A DNA stretch of 64,000 bases from the human T2T-CHM13v2.0 reference genome, Homo sapiens. Location of the stretch: NCBI RefSeq assembly GCF_009914755.1, contig NC_060944.1; one strand, written 5' to 3'. Both the position numbers and the translations under genes were made by a program. The notes under the pieces were generated by a model. It was not told where the DNA came from and did no database searches. It saw only the letters and a program-made list of their open reading frames with translations. Shown one piece after another: positions 30,125 through 44,965 of this stretch. Position 1 is the stretch's first letter; each line of letters starts with the position of its first letter.

Positions 30125-30245
30125 TGGTTCATTTGTTCACTTAACAGATAAACATGCCATAAACTAGGCCCTATGCTAGGCGCTGGCTCTATAAAAGCTA
30201 TAAAAACAAAATACTGCCCCTCAAAGAGCTCACAGTTCTGCCAGA
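30125..30245 (-). mobile_element. L2 3' fragment
   Basis: ttcatttgttcacttaacaga...ctaggccctatgctaggcgctgg...ctgcccctcaaagagctcacagt. Confidence 0.65.
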
Positions 30246-32318
30246 AAAGCCAGCTCGCCCATGAGGGTCCTAACTTATTATTTAAATACATCCTTGAATA
30301 GCCATAGAAATAAGGAGTTAAAAATACGAAGAACAACTCTGGCAGGAAGGTTAGACACATGTGGAAGGTGCAGAGGGGACTAGTCAGAAGGCATGTTTCA
30401 TGATTTACCAACTAGAGGTGTTTCAAGCAGGCTTTTGGATGCAAAGTGGCTTTATGATACAAAGATTAAACTCTCTACAGAATCCTCTCAGTGTATTCAA
30501 TATGAGCCCCTTTACTTCTTTCTGTAAAAATTTACTCCATCCTGTCCCCAAGGAAGATGTTTTTATAAGGTATAAGGGAAATGGAAGGTAGTCTTCAGCC
30601 TTTAGAGATGTTTTATTGCTTTCATTTGTTTCAGGGTACTTGACTACACTCAAAATTATTTCTCTGGGGTATTCTTACAAAGCTCTCTTGGATTCATCTA
30701 ATAAGGAAGAATAATTTGGAATCCAAAATTATCATCTCTGTTAGAGGTTCTAATCCATGGTTTCTTCACAGTGCAGTATGTTTTGGATAAATTGTGATTG
30801 CTAATATAGTACCTAAGTTTGTCAGTGATTTCTTTCCAAAAAAAGATTGACGCACATTTAAGATTATTCATTAATATAATTACTCCTTTTCATTTGCATT
30901 CCATCCTGCTTTTTCATTTGGGAAAGAAATGTGCAGAGGGACAGCTGGTGCCTCTGTAATTACACATAACCCCCAGCCTGTCTTATCTGTGCACTCCTGG
31001 GAGCGGGTCACAAATGTCATCCTCTGTCTTGCGTGTTTCAATTTTTTAAAAAAATGTTGACAGGCCTGGTGGTTCCACCTTTCCTAAGTAATTGATCATT
31101 ATGGCTGTTGTGTAACCATTTGTCAGGTAAGAGTAGTTTGTTTTATTTTTAACTTTTGCAGTTAATTAAAAAATGGTTTTAAGCTCCTAGAATTTAATTC
31201 AAAAGTTTTCTAACTTTGCGCTATTCTTGCAACTTTTCTGAAATTTGAAATTATATGAAAACAAGAAAGCATCAAAGCAATAGGAAAAAACAATGCTTAA
31301 ATGGACCTTCTGTGGGTCCATTTATCAAACATTAGTTTGATAAATATCATCATTTTTGAAATGTAATTAATTTTCCTGGTAAGGCTGAATCATTCAAATG
31401 GGATTTGCACCTTTCACAGTCTTTCATCCTCCTGCCCATTTTCCCTTTCCTTTATCTGATACTCATGAGTAATAACAAAAGCAACAACTAACACTTATGA
31501 AGAAGAAAATAATTTTACTTAGGAGTAAAAAGGCTTGTGGAAGTTAAGCTTCACTGGCCTTGCCATATTCTTGGAATTTTCTTTTCTTTTCTTTTTAAAA
31601 AAAATTCCTAGGAATGTGTTGTCATTATATCAGACTAGCTCTTTGGAGTAAACCCCAGACCTGTCTCCTTATGTACCAGGCCAACAGAGGAGGGCCTAGA
31701 CTTGTCAGCCCCAGCCTGAAGACTCAGAAGAGAAAATCTTTGATACCCATGTGAAGATCCACACCCAACCAGAGTGGCTGGCCAGTGTTTGCCCCACTGG
31801 TCATATTTCCCTGGGCTCAACATACCTGTGTTGTCACATTAGATGTTTTTGTAATTCGGGATTTTTCTTCTGAACATAGATGCAGACATTTCAGATACCC
31901 ACAAACTATGTAACCAAACACAGCCTAGCTCAAAGTTGATATTCCCTGAGCTTTCCTTTATGCACGTGACTTAAACACATGACAATATTTGTCTATTATT
32001 TTAATCTGTACAAGGAAAGAAAGGTAGTGATACGTCAGTGAATTGTTCAGATGGGTTTCTGTTTCTGTTTGCTTTCCATATTCTCTATTTTTTATAATAA
32101 TAAATTTAGGATGATGTCTAAAGACTAAAAAGTAGATTCAGATTTTGCTTACTGCTTTAACTTATTTAAAAGTCCTGTTTTTAGGAGGAGTAAGTAGATT
32201 GATTTTCCTGTCATGCTAACATGAGACATTTAATTTTTATAATGTAATCTTACGTTCATTAGCCTTGTGGCTAATGATAAAACAAGATAAAATAAATGGC
32301 ATTTTAAAAGTGATTCTG

Positions 32319-32670
<352 letters not shown>

Positions 32671-34489
32671 CTACTTTTGTTAGAATTCCATATCTCTAAG
32701 AAAGGAGGAACACCAAAATCATTGAAGGTTCAAGGACCCTCTCCCATAATTGCTATCATAGAAAATGTTCAATTCTAGTCCACCTGAATATAAACCACCT
32801 CAAGCCAAAATGAACAGAGTTCTCAGTGCCAGGAGAATTTCATGAGTTTGGGAAGCATTTTGAATCTCTGCCCTCAGTTTGGAAATAGTTTCATTTCTCT
32901 GCTAATGAAGAAGTCCAAGACCATATGCAGTCTACAGAGGTTCCATCTATGGAGCAAAAGTTGGGAGCAGACCAGCAGGGTTGGCAGCGTGAAGATTCTA
33001 GTTCTCTCTGTTGAAGTCTCAACTGCCGAGCCAGCACTCAGACACAGAGAATGGTGGTTCCCAAAAGTTTTGGGAATCCATATTGTGAACAGGCTGACAC
33101 TCTGCCTACCTACTGTTTAAGGGAATTTAGACTGTTTTGGGAAACAATCGTGTAAGAAGGCTTGCCTGTGCTGCCTGCCCCAGAGTAAGGCGGTGCAGTC
33201 TCAGACGTACTGGTTGGAGATTTGAAGCACAGTAATACACTGGCTGGTCCTTTCATTTGTTGGTTATTCTTTGTGTTTCTGGTATGAGTTTGTACGTTTA
33301 GATAATCCAGTGAATCTTTGAGCTTTTTCTTTGTGAGGTCTGTTTACACATTTGGAAATATCAGTGAATATAGTTCCATTGGTGTTTTGCGGCTTTCAGC
33401 TTTTGAGTTCCCTCTGAAGCTACTGCCATGACGTTAACCTTTGATGAAGTTAAGAGCATCAGAGGGTAGAAGAAAATGATTACCAGTGGTTAACGATGTC
33501 CCGATTTGTTAGGAGTTTGGGAAAAGTGCACATTTCCATGGAGTCTGCGTGCTCACTTGGTGAGAAGCTCCCTGACCACACGTAAATTGAGAAATAGATT
33601 GCAAAATCAGTTTTGATTAAAATGGGAATTTGAGCCTGCCACTGAGAAGCAACCATCTTGCTATAAATTATTTATGGCATGAGCATAGGCTTTAGTATAG
33701 AGGCTGTAAGCCTTTTTCCATCTTGCTTTAAAAATTGATTTGATTATAAAAAGAAAATTAATTTTGCTATTGAAACAAATCTTTAAAAAGGGATTTTAAA
33801 GTGACTCTAAGGTAGAAAAAAAAAATTACCAAGACTCTTCCAAAAAACCAACTTCGTAGCTGGATTCTACAAAAAAAGCATAAATGCTGAACCCTGATTA
33901 ACACACTTTATCATATTATATACATGAGATATTTCTTACAGAGAGTACCACAGTGGTGTAAGGAGCATATTTTTGTGAAGTCCTCAGCTTTACAAACATA
34001 TTTAGATTTATTCCTGTGCTAACTAGGTTATATCATATCTCCCAGTTTAGACTGCACATGGATAGTCCACTGAGCAATGTGACATGAAGATGGATGGGCC
34101 TAGTAGACAGATACCAGGCCGCTGCCAGGCTTGCAGCATTGACTCCTCTTCTGGGATCATCACATGCCCACTTCTCCCCACCCATCTCAGCTGTTAAGTC
34201 TTGCTGTGGGATCAGACCCTCACCCCACCTCCTACCTGCCGTGACTTGACAGGGAAGTTCATTTGGGAGATTAAAAATGTAGATGGACAGATACAGTTTC
34301 ATGAATGATTGGAAACATGGTATATTCTCTGCTTTCATTGCATAGGGTTTGAGGTATATCTTGTGGACCAACATTATCTATTATATGTCCTCTATGGTCT
34401 TATTTGTCTTTGCCTCCTTGATCTGACATGGCCTGAAAGAAGTGAGCTCAGTCTTCTATGACTCTTGTGTTTCTCTTTGCTGTTTTTAA

Positions 34490-34890
34490 AAATTGTACCT
34501 GTTCAATAAATGTTTATTCCTTATTTCCCATGTGCCAGGAATGGTTCTCAGCTGTGGGGACCCAATTTTGAATAAGACCGACAAAGTCCTTGGTCTCATG
34601 GAGATGGCATTTCAGTCAGGGGTTAGACAGACACTGCACAAAGAAAGAAACAAGACAATTTCAGATACCGAGACGTGTGACAAAGAAAATAAAAGATGGT
34701 AACTTGGTGGCTAGTGACTGGAGGTGGTTCCTGCTTAAATAGGATGGTCAGAGAGACTTGAACTTTCAAGGTGAACTCTGAGTGAAAAGAGAGAGACACC
34801 TCCTAGCGTCTGGAGGAAGTGGTTCTAGCAGAGAGAACAGCAGGTACCAAGCCTTTGAGACAGAAGCAAACATGGTGTATCAGAGGAGCA
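34490..34890 (-). mobile_element. L2 3' fragment
   Basis: ttcaataaatgtttatt...atgtgccagg...gaataagaccgacaaagtccttggtctcatggag. Confidence 0.75.
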
Positions 34891-35254
34891 AGTTTTACAG
34901 TCTTTTCCCTGCACATGTATGCTGTTGGATTCTCAGGATAGTTTTCATTTCTTTATAGCTTTTATTCTCCATCACTACACATGCCCTGCTTCATCTCCTA
35001 TAACTCCAGCGTAAGTTTCTGACATCACATCCCTGACATTGGTTTGCAACTGCCAGCAGGAATTTGCCTTTTTCACTGTGGGCCTCATCTGAGTCATCAG
35101 CTATCTCGTCATTGACTGGAGTGGTCTCCATAGTTGTGTACATGTGCCAAGATGGGGGCAGAGGTTAAATGATCCACGGTGGTATGGGAAAATATAAGAA
35201 CTTTCATCTGTATTTAATTTATTGAATTCAAAAGAACTAATCAAAAGATTGATG

Positions 35255-35385
35255 TCACCACCAAGAAATCATAAGTATGGGAGGGGATGGATATGTTCAT
35301 TGGCTTGGAATCATTCCACAGTGTATACATACAACATCACATTGTGCCCCATAAATATACACAATTATTTGTCAATTAAAAGAAA
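35255..35385 (+). mobile_element. L1MA-type 3' end
   Basis: gatggatatgtt...aatcattccacagtgtatacat...acatcacattgtgccccataaatatacacaatta. Confidence 0.8.
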
Positions 35386-35790
35386 TTAGTATCCGCACCC
35401 TCACTAGGTTGGTGCATCAAAGGGCCCTCTGTCTGGGAAGGTGACATGAAGGAGGGAAAGATCCCTCCTGATGGGAAGGACCTGATTGTAGTACCCTTTC
35501 CTGTTGGCTTACCCTTGATTGGGACATAGTGCAGCCACATGCAGCAGGGTGTTGTCATGTGGACGATTTCATAAAAACACAACCCATCTCTAGTCCTCAC
35601 TTCACCTGAGGCCCCCTGGTGACATATTGTAGTGAAAATAACCAGTGTCTTAAATAGGGGTTCGTATTCTTTTAGTGCCCCTCTCCAAGATGGGTGCATA
35701 TCCCCAAGCTGAAATTTGGACTATGAGATTTTAATTCATACTGAATAGAAAAGCTGAAGAAAAAAATGGACTTTTATAAGCCACAAGCAA

Positions 35791-36086
<296 letters not shown>

Positions 36087-36314
36087 CACAAGCAATATTT
36101 TTGTGTCAAGAAGGAGAAACTTCAGTATTTCAAAACCTCTTGGGAAAACTCTCATATGAATGAGCCTTGTATTTGTGCAAATAAAACAGAGATCCACTTT
36201 GAAATGAAAAGAAGTTTAAGGTAAATCACTCTGGTGGGAAGAAGGTTGTTCAGTGCATGAAAATTTGCAACTCATGTCTTCTCGATGGTCTGATCATCTT
36301 ATATGAAACATCTC

Positions 36315-36931
<617 letters not shown>

Positions 36932-37269
36932 ATCTCTTATTTTTAAAAAATTTTCACCATTAATTTTGTGTTGTCTGATTTTCACATTGCCCTCCCTTTT
37001 TCCTTTGGTTATGAGTTCCCAGATCTTCCTCCAGCCTTTTGCTGGGAGGGAGAGTCTGCATGTGGAGCACAGAGTTTTGTCTCAGCCGAGGCAGGGTGAG
37101 GGTGGTGGGTCACTTCTGCCAGAGCCCCCTTGAACCAACTTTGTGCCTTGTGGGTAGGGGTAAACAGGGCAGAAGCCAAGGTTATGAGAGGATTTGTAAG
37201 GCCCTGGGCACCATTAGAACTGCACTGGGACCCAGGAAGGAGTGTTGGCCCTGAGTCGGGGAGTGAGCA

Positions 37270-38330
37270 TGTATTCCCTGCCTCCTTCCTTTCTTTCTGC
37301 AATATACTTATTGAGCACCTTCTGTGGGCTAGGCATTGGTAAGCATTAGGGTGTCAATCATCAATAACTAAATTGCAGACCTTATTGTCTCTTGGAGGAA
37401 GCTGGCAGTCAGATCAATCACACAGAAGCAGGAAAAATTGCAATCTTGAATCATTGTTTCAAAAAGAGGTACATGATGCTGCCTGCAAGATAAAGGGTGA
37501 GTTGCCCTGGTCTGGAGCCTTAGAAGGTTTCCGTAAAGAAGGAGCCTCGAGTCAAGCCTGAGCCTAGGGGAAGGTGGGGTAGAAGAAGGAATGGGGAGCT
37601 CCTTCCAGCAGAGCCAAGGTCCTTTCTGCTTTGTCCTGCTCCGTGTTCAGCTCCTGGCGCAGGGCTGGCGTCTGGGGTATGCTCAATAAATTAAAAACGA
37701 GTGCATGAACAGAGGCCAGCAGGGCTGGAGCAGAGCACAGGGGACAGTGGGTTGGCATGGTGCTGGAGAAGCTGGCAGGGGCCAGACCTCACAGAGGCTT
37801 GTAGGTTATCATGTACTTGTAGGAGACCACATAGGTTACCATGAAAGGAGACCACATAGGTTGTTATGAAAATCAAGATAATTTTTAGAGCAGAAGGGGG
37901 AGCTATTAATAATTACGCCTGGATAGAAAGGCGTAAAATGCAACTGACTTGGGTGTACCGGGATATGGTCAACCTCTTACCAGCTTCCTAGGATTTTAGT
38001 CTTTATTCTGAGAGGAGTGGAAGGCCCCTCCAAAGGTTTTTAGCTGGGATGAGGTTTGGGGTGTGGAGGCAGGGCATGGCATGATCGCTCTGGCAACAGA
38101 CTGGTAATAGATTGAAAGTGAGTTGTTGCAGGAGAGAGACCAGGGAAGACGGTTGCAGAAGGCCAGGCTGGAGCAGGTGATGGCTTGGCCTGGAGGCATG
38201 GAAGGGGTTAGAAGTGATGAATTGCAAATGGCTGCTGAGGAAGGGAAGTGTTGAGGTCTCAGAATTGGATAAGTCCTAGTGCCACTGGCTGAGTCAAAAC
38301 AGGAGGAGGGAGCAGGTTTGGAAAGAACGT
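37270..38330 (-). mobile_element. L2 fragments
   Basis: tacttattgagcacc...gctaggcattgg; ggggccagacctcacagaggcttgtagg; agagagaccagggaagacggttgcag. Confidence 0.6.
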
Positions 38331-38335
38331 GCAGG

Positions 38336-38632
<297 letters not shown>

Positions 38633-39256
38633 CAAGAACATGTAGTTTTGTCTAGGGTAAGAGTCAAGGTATGAACTTAAGAGGTTTCATCCTTAGTCTC
38701 ATGAATTCCCAAACCAGGAGAGAATAATGGAACTACCTGTGTTGCATGCACATTCATGCTCCATCCTCACCCCTTCACCCAGGTGTTCACTACTCACATA
38801 TGCCTGAATTTTATTAACTAAAAACAAGTTCTTTCCTTCACTAGAGATGAATGTGTTTAAAAAGCAAATATTGAGTAAATTTGCATAGCAGATCAAATGC
38901 TTTCAAAGGGGTAAGGATTTTGGAGAATGCTTTGTTTTGAGAAAGCCTGAAGACCCTGAGCTAGAGACACACTGTTTAGAAAGATGAGCCTGGAAACACT
39001 AGTGAGGGAGAAAAGCAGAAATGAGCGCCGGAGACTCCACCAAGGGAGTCCGAAAAGTCAGGGCACTGTGGGTGAACTTGAACCTGAATGTAGAATGGCT
39101 CTTACGGTATCTATAATTTGCAAACTTCTTATATACTATTTACATAATAGTTCTCCACTTAGAGATCTTTAACACACCTTCTTGTTTTTTGGAATGTGAC
39201 AAGTTTTATAGCTAGTATGGACAGGAGAGAGGATAACTTTAAAATGTGGTGAATAG

Positions 39257-39390
39257 GGCTGGGCGCTGATGGCCTATGCCTGTAATGGCAGCATTTTGGG
39301 AGGCTGAGGCAGGAGGATCGCTTGAGCCCAGGAATTTGAGGACAGCCTGAACAACACAGCAAGACCTTGTCTCTTTAAAAAAAAAAAAAA
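39257..39390 (+). mobile_element. FLAM-type Alu monomer
   Basis: Single arm ggctgggcg...gaggatcgcttgagcccagga...aagaccttgtctc plus A tail. Confidence 0.88.
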
Positions 39391-41303
39391 GGATTAAATA
39401 AATATGGTGAGTTGGTTGCAGTGAGCAGTGCTTCTGTATCATCAATTAGAAATATTGCAACGGTTTGATCTCTCAGTCGCCTGTTAGTTCATCCAAGGAA
39501 AAGGAAAGGCAGAGAGCCTTGTTTCTTTGCATGTGTGACACTCAGAAGCCAGCAGTTCTGCAGGCAGTTTCCTAAGGTCTGGCTCCCTTGGCAAACGTTA
39601 CCTTGGCTGCAGGTAACTTTATTCTTTGTGAATAATGCCAGCCTGGCCACCGTTGCCCTCTTCTGGTAAGGGGCTAATGCTACAAACGTACTGAGTTTTA
39701 CAAGGAAGGAAAACTCAAGCTCGATTTTCACTTTGGTCAACTGTGCTATGCCAGCTGGCATAAATCCCTACAATGAAATGAATGTTTGGTTTAAAATGTT
39801 GTAATGTATACTCAGACCATGGAACCATGTGAGGGTCTAATCTTATTTACAGTTTTGGCTTTGAGGACTACCTTGGGTATCCATATCATTTCCCACAGTT
39901 GGGCCACTTTCTGTTTGGCAAAAAAGATTTCTTTCAGCCTTTTCTCTGCCTGTGAAACCCTGTCTGGCTGCTTCATTAGCTAACACATGTGTGAATTTGC
40001 ATCATTGATAATGGCAGCAAATGCAAGGAATATGGTTTTAATCAAATTTTAGTATCTAATATCTCTGAAGCTTAGGGCATAGAACATTAGAGGCCTGGGA
40101 TAAACAATTCATATTCAATAGCAGCATTTTAGCATTTCTTGGTGACATATTTACACAATTTATAATTTAGAGATGAGTTTATGTTACATGGTAAAACTTG
40201 AGAATATGCTGAAATAACGCACTGTGTTGGGAGGGGGCAATGAAAATATGGGGCTACTATGGCAGTTTATGCAGGAACTACTTTAAGGGCAGTCCTTGTT
40301 GCCCTACCCAGTGCTTAATTTTTTGTGACCAATCTTTGGTTGGCACCTCTCTTTCCCTCCCCAACTGGGAAGAAGGTAAATACTCCAGTCAACTAAGTGG
40401 GCTTTGTGTTTAATGGAACCCGTAATGAATACTTACAAAGGAAACACTGTTTCGTGAGGCATGTACTTCCTTACTATAACTCTTTTTAAAATTTAGATTC
40501 TTAAGTAATCCATTAGGTTGCAGTTTGGCCCGAAGAGTATCACAGATAAAAGCTAGCTACCATACTCGTTTGGATTATTAGGATCTAAAGACATGATGTT
40601 GATCTTTTTATGCTGGATCAGTTTGATATTTACAGTTCAGTTGATTCATGTAATTTTTCTAGGAATTGAATAGCAACAAGAAATACATCTAATATCATGA
40701 TCTCCTTATGACATTAATAATACATGAGAAGAATCTTTAAGTTTTACCCTTATGCAAATGCCCCATGCAAATTACCCAAAATAAAAATGGTTAGGTAACA
40801 AGGTCTCTCAAGAGAAAGGACAACATGATCATTTAGATTTTGACAAAAGTAATGAGATAGCCTATTTTTTAGATGTTGTCTGTTCACAATTCCTGAATTT
40901 ATTTTTTAATTCCTTTCTCCCTGCCTCCATCCCTTCTTTCATTGATTTAGGCCCTGTTAAAAGCTAACAGTGATATAAGAATGCTTTATAGAGCTGGGGT
41001 AGTTTGTCAGCTGGCCAGGTGATGAATCATGGAATAGAATTCTTTCTGTGACCAAATTAAACCCTAATCCCATGAAGAAAGCAGTCATTGACAACTTCTG
41101 GCAAGGTAAAGACTAAGAGGACCCTTTCTTTGTTGTTCCGGGCAGCTGGGAGGATGAGCAGCATCCACACTCTTTGGCTGAGCATTTTGTAGTACCTCTT
41201 TGACCCAGGGCCATTTGTACCTCTTTTTCTTCCTCCTCTTGGCCTTTGATCCCTACAAATTCTCCAGGGCTAAGTCAGCTGGCTCCATGCAGAAGGTTTT
41301 AGA

Positions 41304-41500
41304 CAAGGTTTCTCTACTTTGGCACTAATGACATTATAGACCAGATGATGCCTTGCGGTGGGAGCTGGCCTGTGCAGTATAGGGTGTTCAGCAGTATTCC
41401 TGGAGTCTACCCATTAGATGCCAGCTGTGACAGTCCTAAATGTTTCCAGACATTGTACACAGGGAGGAAGGGAGCAAAATCACCTCTTGATTAAGAATCT
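41304..41500. mobile_element. MER20 (hAT-Charlie)
   Basis: ggcactaatgacatt...cctgtgcagtatagggtgttcagcag...ctacccattagatgccag...tgtttccagacattg. Confidence 0.85.
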
Positions 41501-41541
41501 AAAATTACAGTTCTAGATTCTTATTGATAAAGCCCTTCATC

Positions 41542-41857
<316 letters not shown>

Positions 41858-42745
41858 TGAGGTAAACTGTATTGTCACATTTCACCAATAGGTGCTGATT
41901 CATGGCACACAGTGGATTGCAGCCTGAAGGTTTCTTAATTTAAGGAATTAAGGGTGGGGAATAAGTTTCCTGTTGAGGACTAATGCCCAAGGCAGAGTTA
42001 ATCAAGAGGCACATACCAAAAATAATTTAGTGTCTTTTTATCTCACCAAATAAAAATACTCAGTTCCCTTGTTTGTTAAATTAGGAACAGGCACCATAAA
42101 ACTTTATTTCATAAGAATAACTAATTGTAAAGTTTACACTTGTCACATTAAGGCAGAGGTGATGAAGGAAGGGTACAGGCAGGCAGATGATAGATGAAGG
42201 AAAAGTAGAATCTGATTTAGAAAGAAAAAAAGGCATTCAAGGAGGATAGAAAAGAGACTGAAGGAAGAAACATTAGAAGAATTTGAGTGTTTTGGAAATA
42301 TTACCTGCTCCTCAAATAGTTGTAGGATTGTCATGAAAATGTATCACTTTTTACCTACCATATTTTAAAGGGATTAGAAGATTTATCAGTGTTCACAAAG
42401 CGTGAGTTGCTCTAATTAGTAAATCTGTAGGGAATCCTGTCTAAATAGCAGAATTGGAGTGGAGGGTGACATTTGCAGGTGCAAAGAAGCTCATTATATT
42501 TTGGTTTGTTAAAAAAAAAAAAGAAGAAAGTGACCATCACCAGTAAGGGCAGGTGGAATCAAGCAGACACCAGGATCTGCCTCCCTATCTCTAATGTGTA
42601 AGGAAAAACAAGGTAGTTTTCTGCTTCTCTTTTTCATTTTATGAGTGTGAAAGTTATGGAATTTACTTAAAACAAGGAATAATTATTAAACTGTTCAGAG
42701 TATATGTAGTCTCCAAATTTAAATAGTTGAAGGTAATCATCTCAG

Positions 42746-42923
42746 CAGTGGGTCTCAACCCAGCCAGCACATTAGAATCGGGTAGGGAGCTTTTAAAATA
42801 TACTGATACCCAGGCCCCACCCCGAGAGTCTGATTTGATTTCATTGGCGTAGAATTTGGACATAGTTATTATTTTAAAAGCTCCCCAAGTGATTCTGAGG
42901 TGCTGCCAGGGTTGCAAACCACT
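42746..42923. mobile_element. MER5-family MITE
   Basis: cagtgggtctcaacc...cacattagaatc...gggagcttttaaaa...aaagctccccaagtgattct...aaccact. Confidence 0.85.
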
Positions 42924-42932
42924 CTTCTAGGC

Positions 42933-43337
42933 CAGTGAATCTCAAAGTGTGGTCTCTAGACCAGCAGCATCAGCATCACCTGGGAGTCTGTTAGTAACGC
43001 ACATTCTCAGCCTCACCCCAGGTTTAAGTCTCACCATGGGGCTGAGCTTTAGCAATTTGTGTTTCTTTTTGTTTTCTTTCTTTTCTTTCTTTTCTCTCCT
43101 TCCTTCCTTTCCTTCCTTCCTTCCTTCCTTCCTTCCTTCCTTCCTTCCTTCCTTCCTTCTTTCCTTCCTTCCTTCTCTCCTTCCTTCCTTCCTTCCCTCC
43201 CTCCCTCTCTTTCTTTCTTTCTCTTTCTTTCTTCTTTTTGTTTTTTTAATACCTAGCCGAGCACAAAGCTAATCAATGTGTGTTTTTAACAAGCCGTCCT
43301 GGTGAATCTGATGCTCGCCCAAGTTTGAGAAACACTG
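42933..43337. mobile_element. MER5A split by an insertion
   Basis: ctcaaagtgtggtc...accagcagcatcagcatcacctgggag...ttttaacaagcc...aagtttgagaaacactg. Confidence 0.88.
43062..43247. repeat. (TTCC/TTTC)n polypyrimidine tract
   Basis: ~185 bp of almost pure C/T. Confidence 0.97.
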
Positions 43338-44474
43338 TGTCAGGCAATGGGTAGTGGTGTTTTGAAGACATCGAATCCTGAGAATCAAGGGTGTGTAATA
43401 GTGGATGCTGGCAGTATTACTCTGAAGTCAATGCTATGGTCTTCAGTGTTCATTTGGCTCAGGAGGCTCTTCACTTATCCGAGGAGGATACCTGGGAAAT
43501 GTAACTTTCCACTGAGAGCCTTTATAAGGCTTAATTGCTAATGTGTAGGTAGCAGCTGATACAGACTTGTCCCTCCCACTCTTTTCAGCCAAGCTTTCAA
43601 CCTCACTCTAAATATTCTTAATTAATGATCTTCGGCTTCTGAAGCCATTTCATCAGTGGTCTCCTGTCCCAGCACGTTTCCCCTTTGAGCATTCCTTGAA
43701 GAGGGTGTTATTCCCAGCAGTCAACTAGAAAAGGAAAGTAGAGGTGGCTCTACACAAGTCCTGTGACCAATTAACGACCTCCCTTTATTCCTCTTTGTAG
43801 TTCTCTAAAAATGGGTCAGAGGAAGAAAAACTCGGCTCTCACCAGCAGACCTCGCCTGTGTTTGTCTAACATATTCTGTCCCATTTCAATTTCCTGCCTT
43901 AGGCATGAATTGGTTGAAGATTCCCTTTGAACTCTTACTCATTCTGTAGAAATTCTCTGTGATGAAAGCAGTCATGGGATTGTTTCCTGAGTTCTGAAGC
44001 AGAGCAGAATAGTGAGGGAAATTCAGTGCTAAAGTTTAAGGTTCATTCTCAGCAAAACTAAGGGATTATTTTGCATTGAATGAATTTTGAATTTTGTTTT
44101 CTCATTTGATAAAGCTGAGTGAGGGTGAAAGGTAAAGGGAAACAAACTTCTTAATCCTTTACTTGTCAGTAACAGTTTTTATTGCTTCATTTTCTATTTA
44201 CAAGGAAAACACCTTTAAAATAAAACAATTCTATTGGATCAGCACCTTCTTTGGTAAAGTTCAAAGAAATTTCCCAGGTTAGTCCCTATCATTCCCTCAC
44301 ATGTGGTCCTTAGGAGCCTTCTGGAATTCCCTGCAGGATGGGATTCCCCTTGCATCACTGGGCACTTCCTATTATGAGGTTCCCAATGTTGCTTGCCCTT
44401 TGTGGTTTTAGTCTCTCACTAAAATAATAGAACCAGGATTTCTGAACCAGGAGTCACTTTAAGGAAGTGTCTAG

Positions 44475-44683
44475 GCTGTCCAATGTGGCAGTGACTAGTT
44501 TATATGTAGCTGTTTAAGTTAATAAATTAACTGCTTATTAACCAATTTAATTAGAAATAAAATTTAAAATTCACACCAGCCTCATTTCAGATATTCAGTA
44601 GCCACATGTGGCTTGAGGCTAAGGTATTAGACATTGTAGATATAGAACATGTGCATCATCACAGAATGTTATTGGACAGCAGT
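44475..44683. mobile_element. MER3/MER33-like hAT-Charlie
   Basis: ctgtccaat...agtagccacatgtggct...tatagaacat...catcatcacagaa...attggacagc. Confidence 0.8.
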
Positions 44684-44789
44684 GGTCAATTTTGTCACCC
44701 TTGTTAAATAAGATACTGAGACTGAGAATGATGTTTGTTAACTACTCTCAATTAGTTAATTCCTGTTTGTGGACACTGCAGTCTGTTTT

Positions 44790-44965
44790 CTTTTTGAATT
44801 TAATCATAACATCTCTGGGAGGGCAGGGATTATTGTCCCATTGTACAGATAAAGGGATTAAGATTCAGAGAGGCTGAGAAACTTGGCCCTGGCTCTGTGG
44901 CCAGTAAAGGGGGCAGCCAGTGTTTGCATACATATGTATCTGTATGACTCTAAAGCCCATGCTTT
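44790..44965 (-). mobile_element. MIR
   Basis: ttattgtcccattgtacagataaagg...gactctaaagcccatgctt. Confidence 0.7.

Noticed and set aside
43258-43264. GTGCTCG on the - strand resembling the U6 snRNA 5' end
   Set aside because: Only 7 nt match and the sequence diverges immediately; not a U6 pseudogene.
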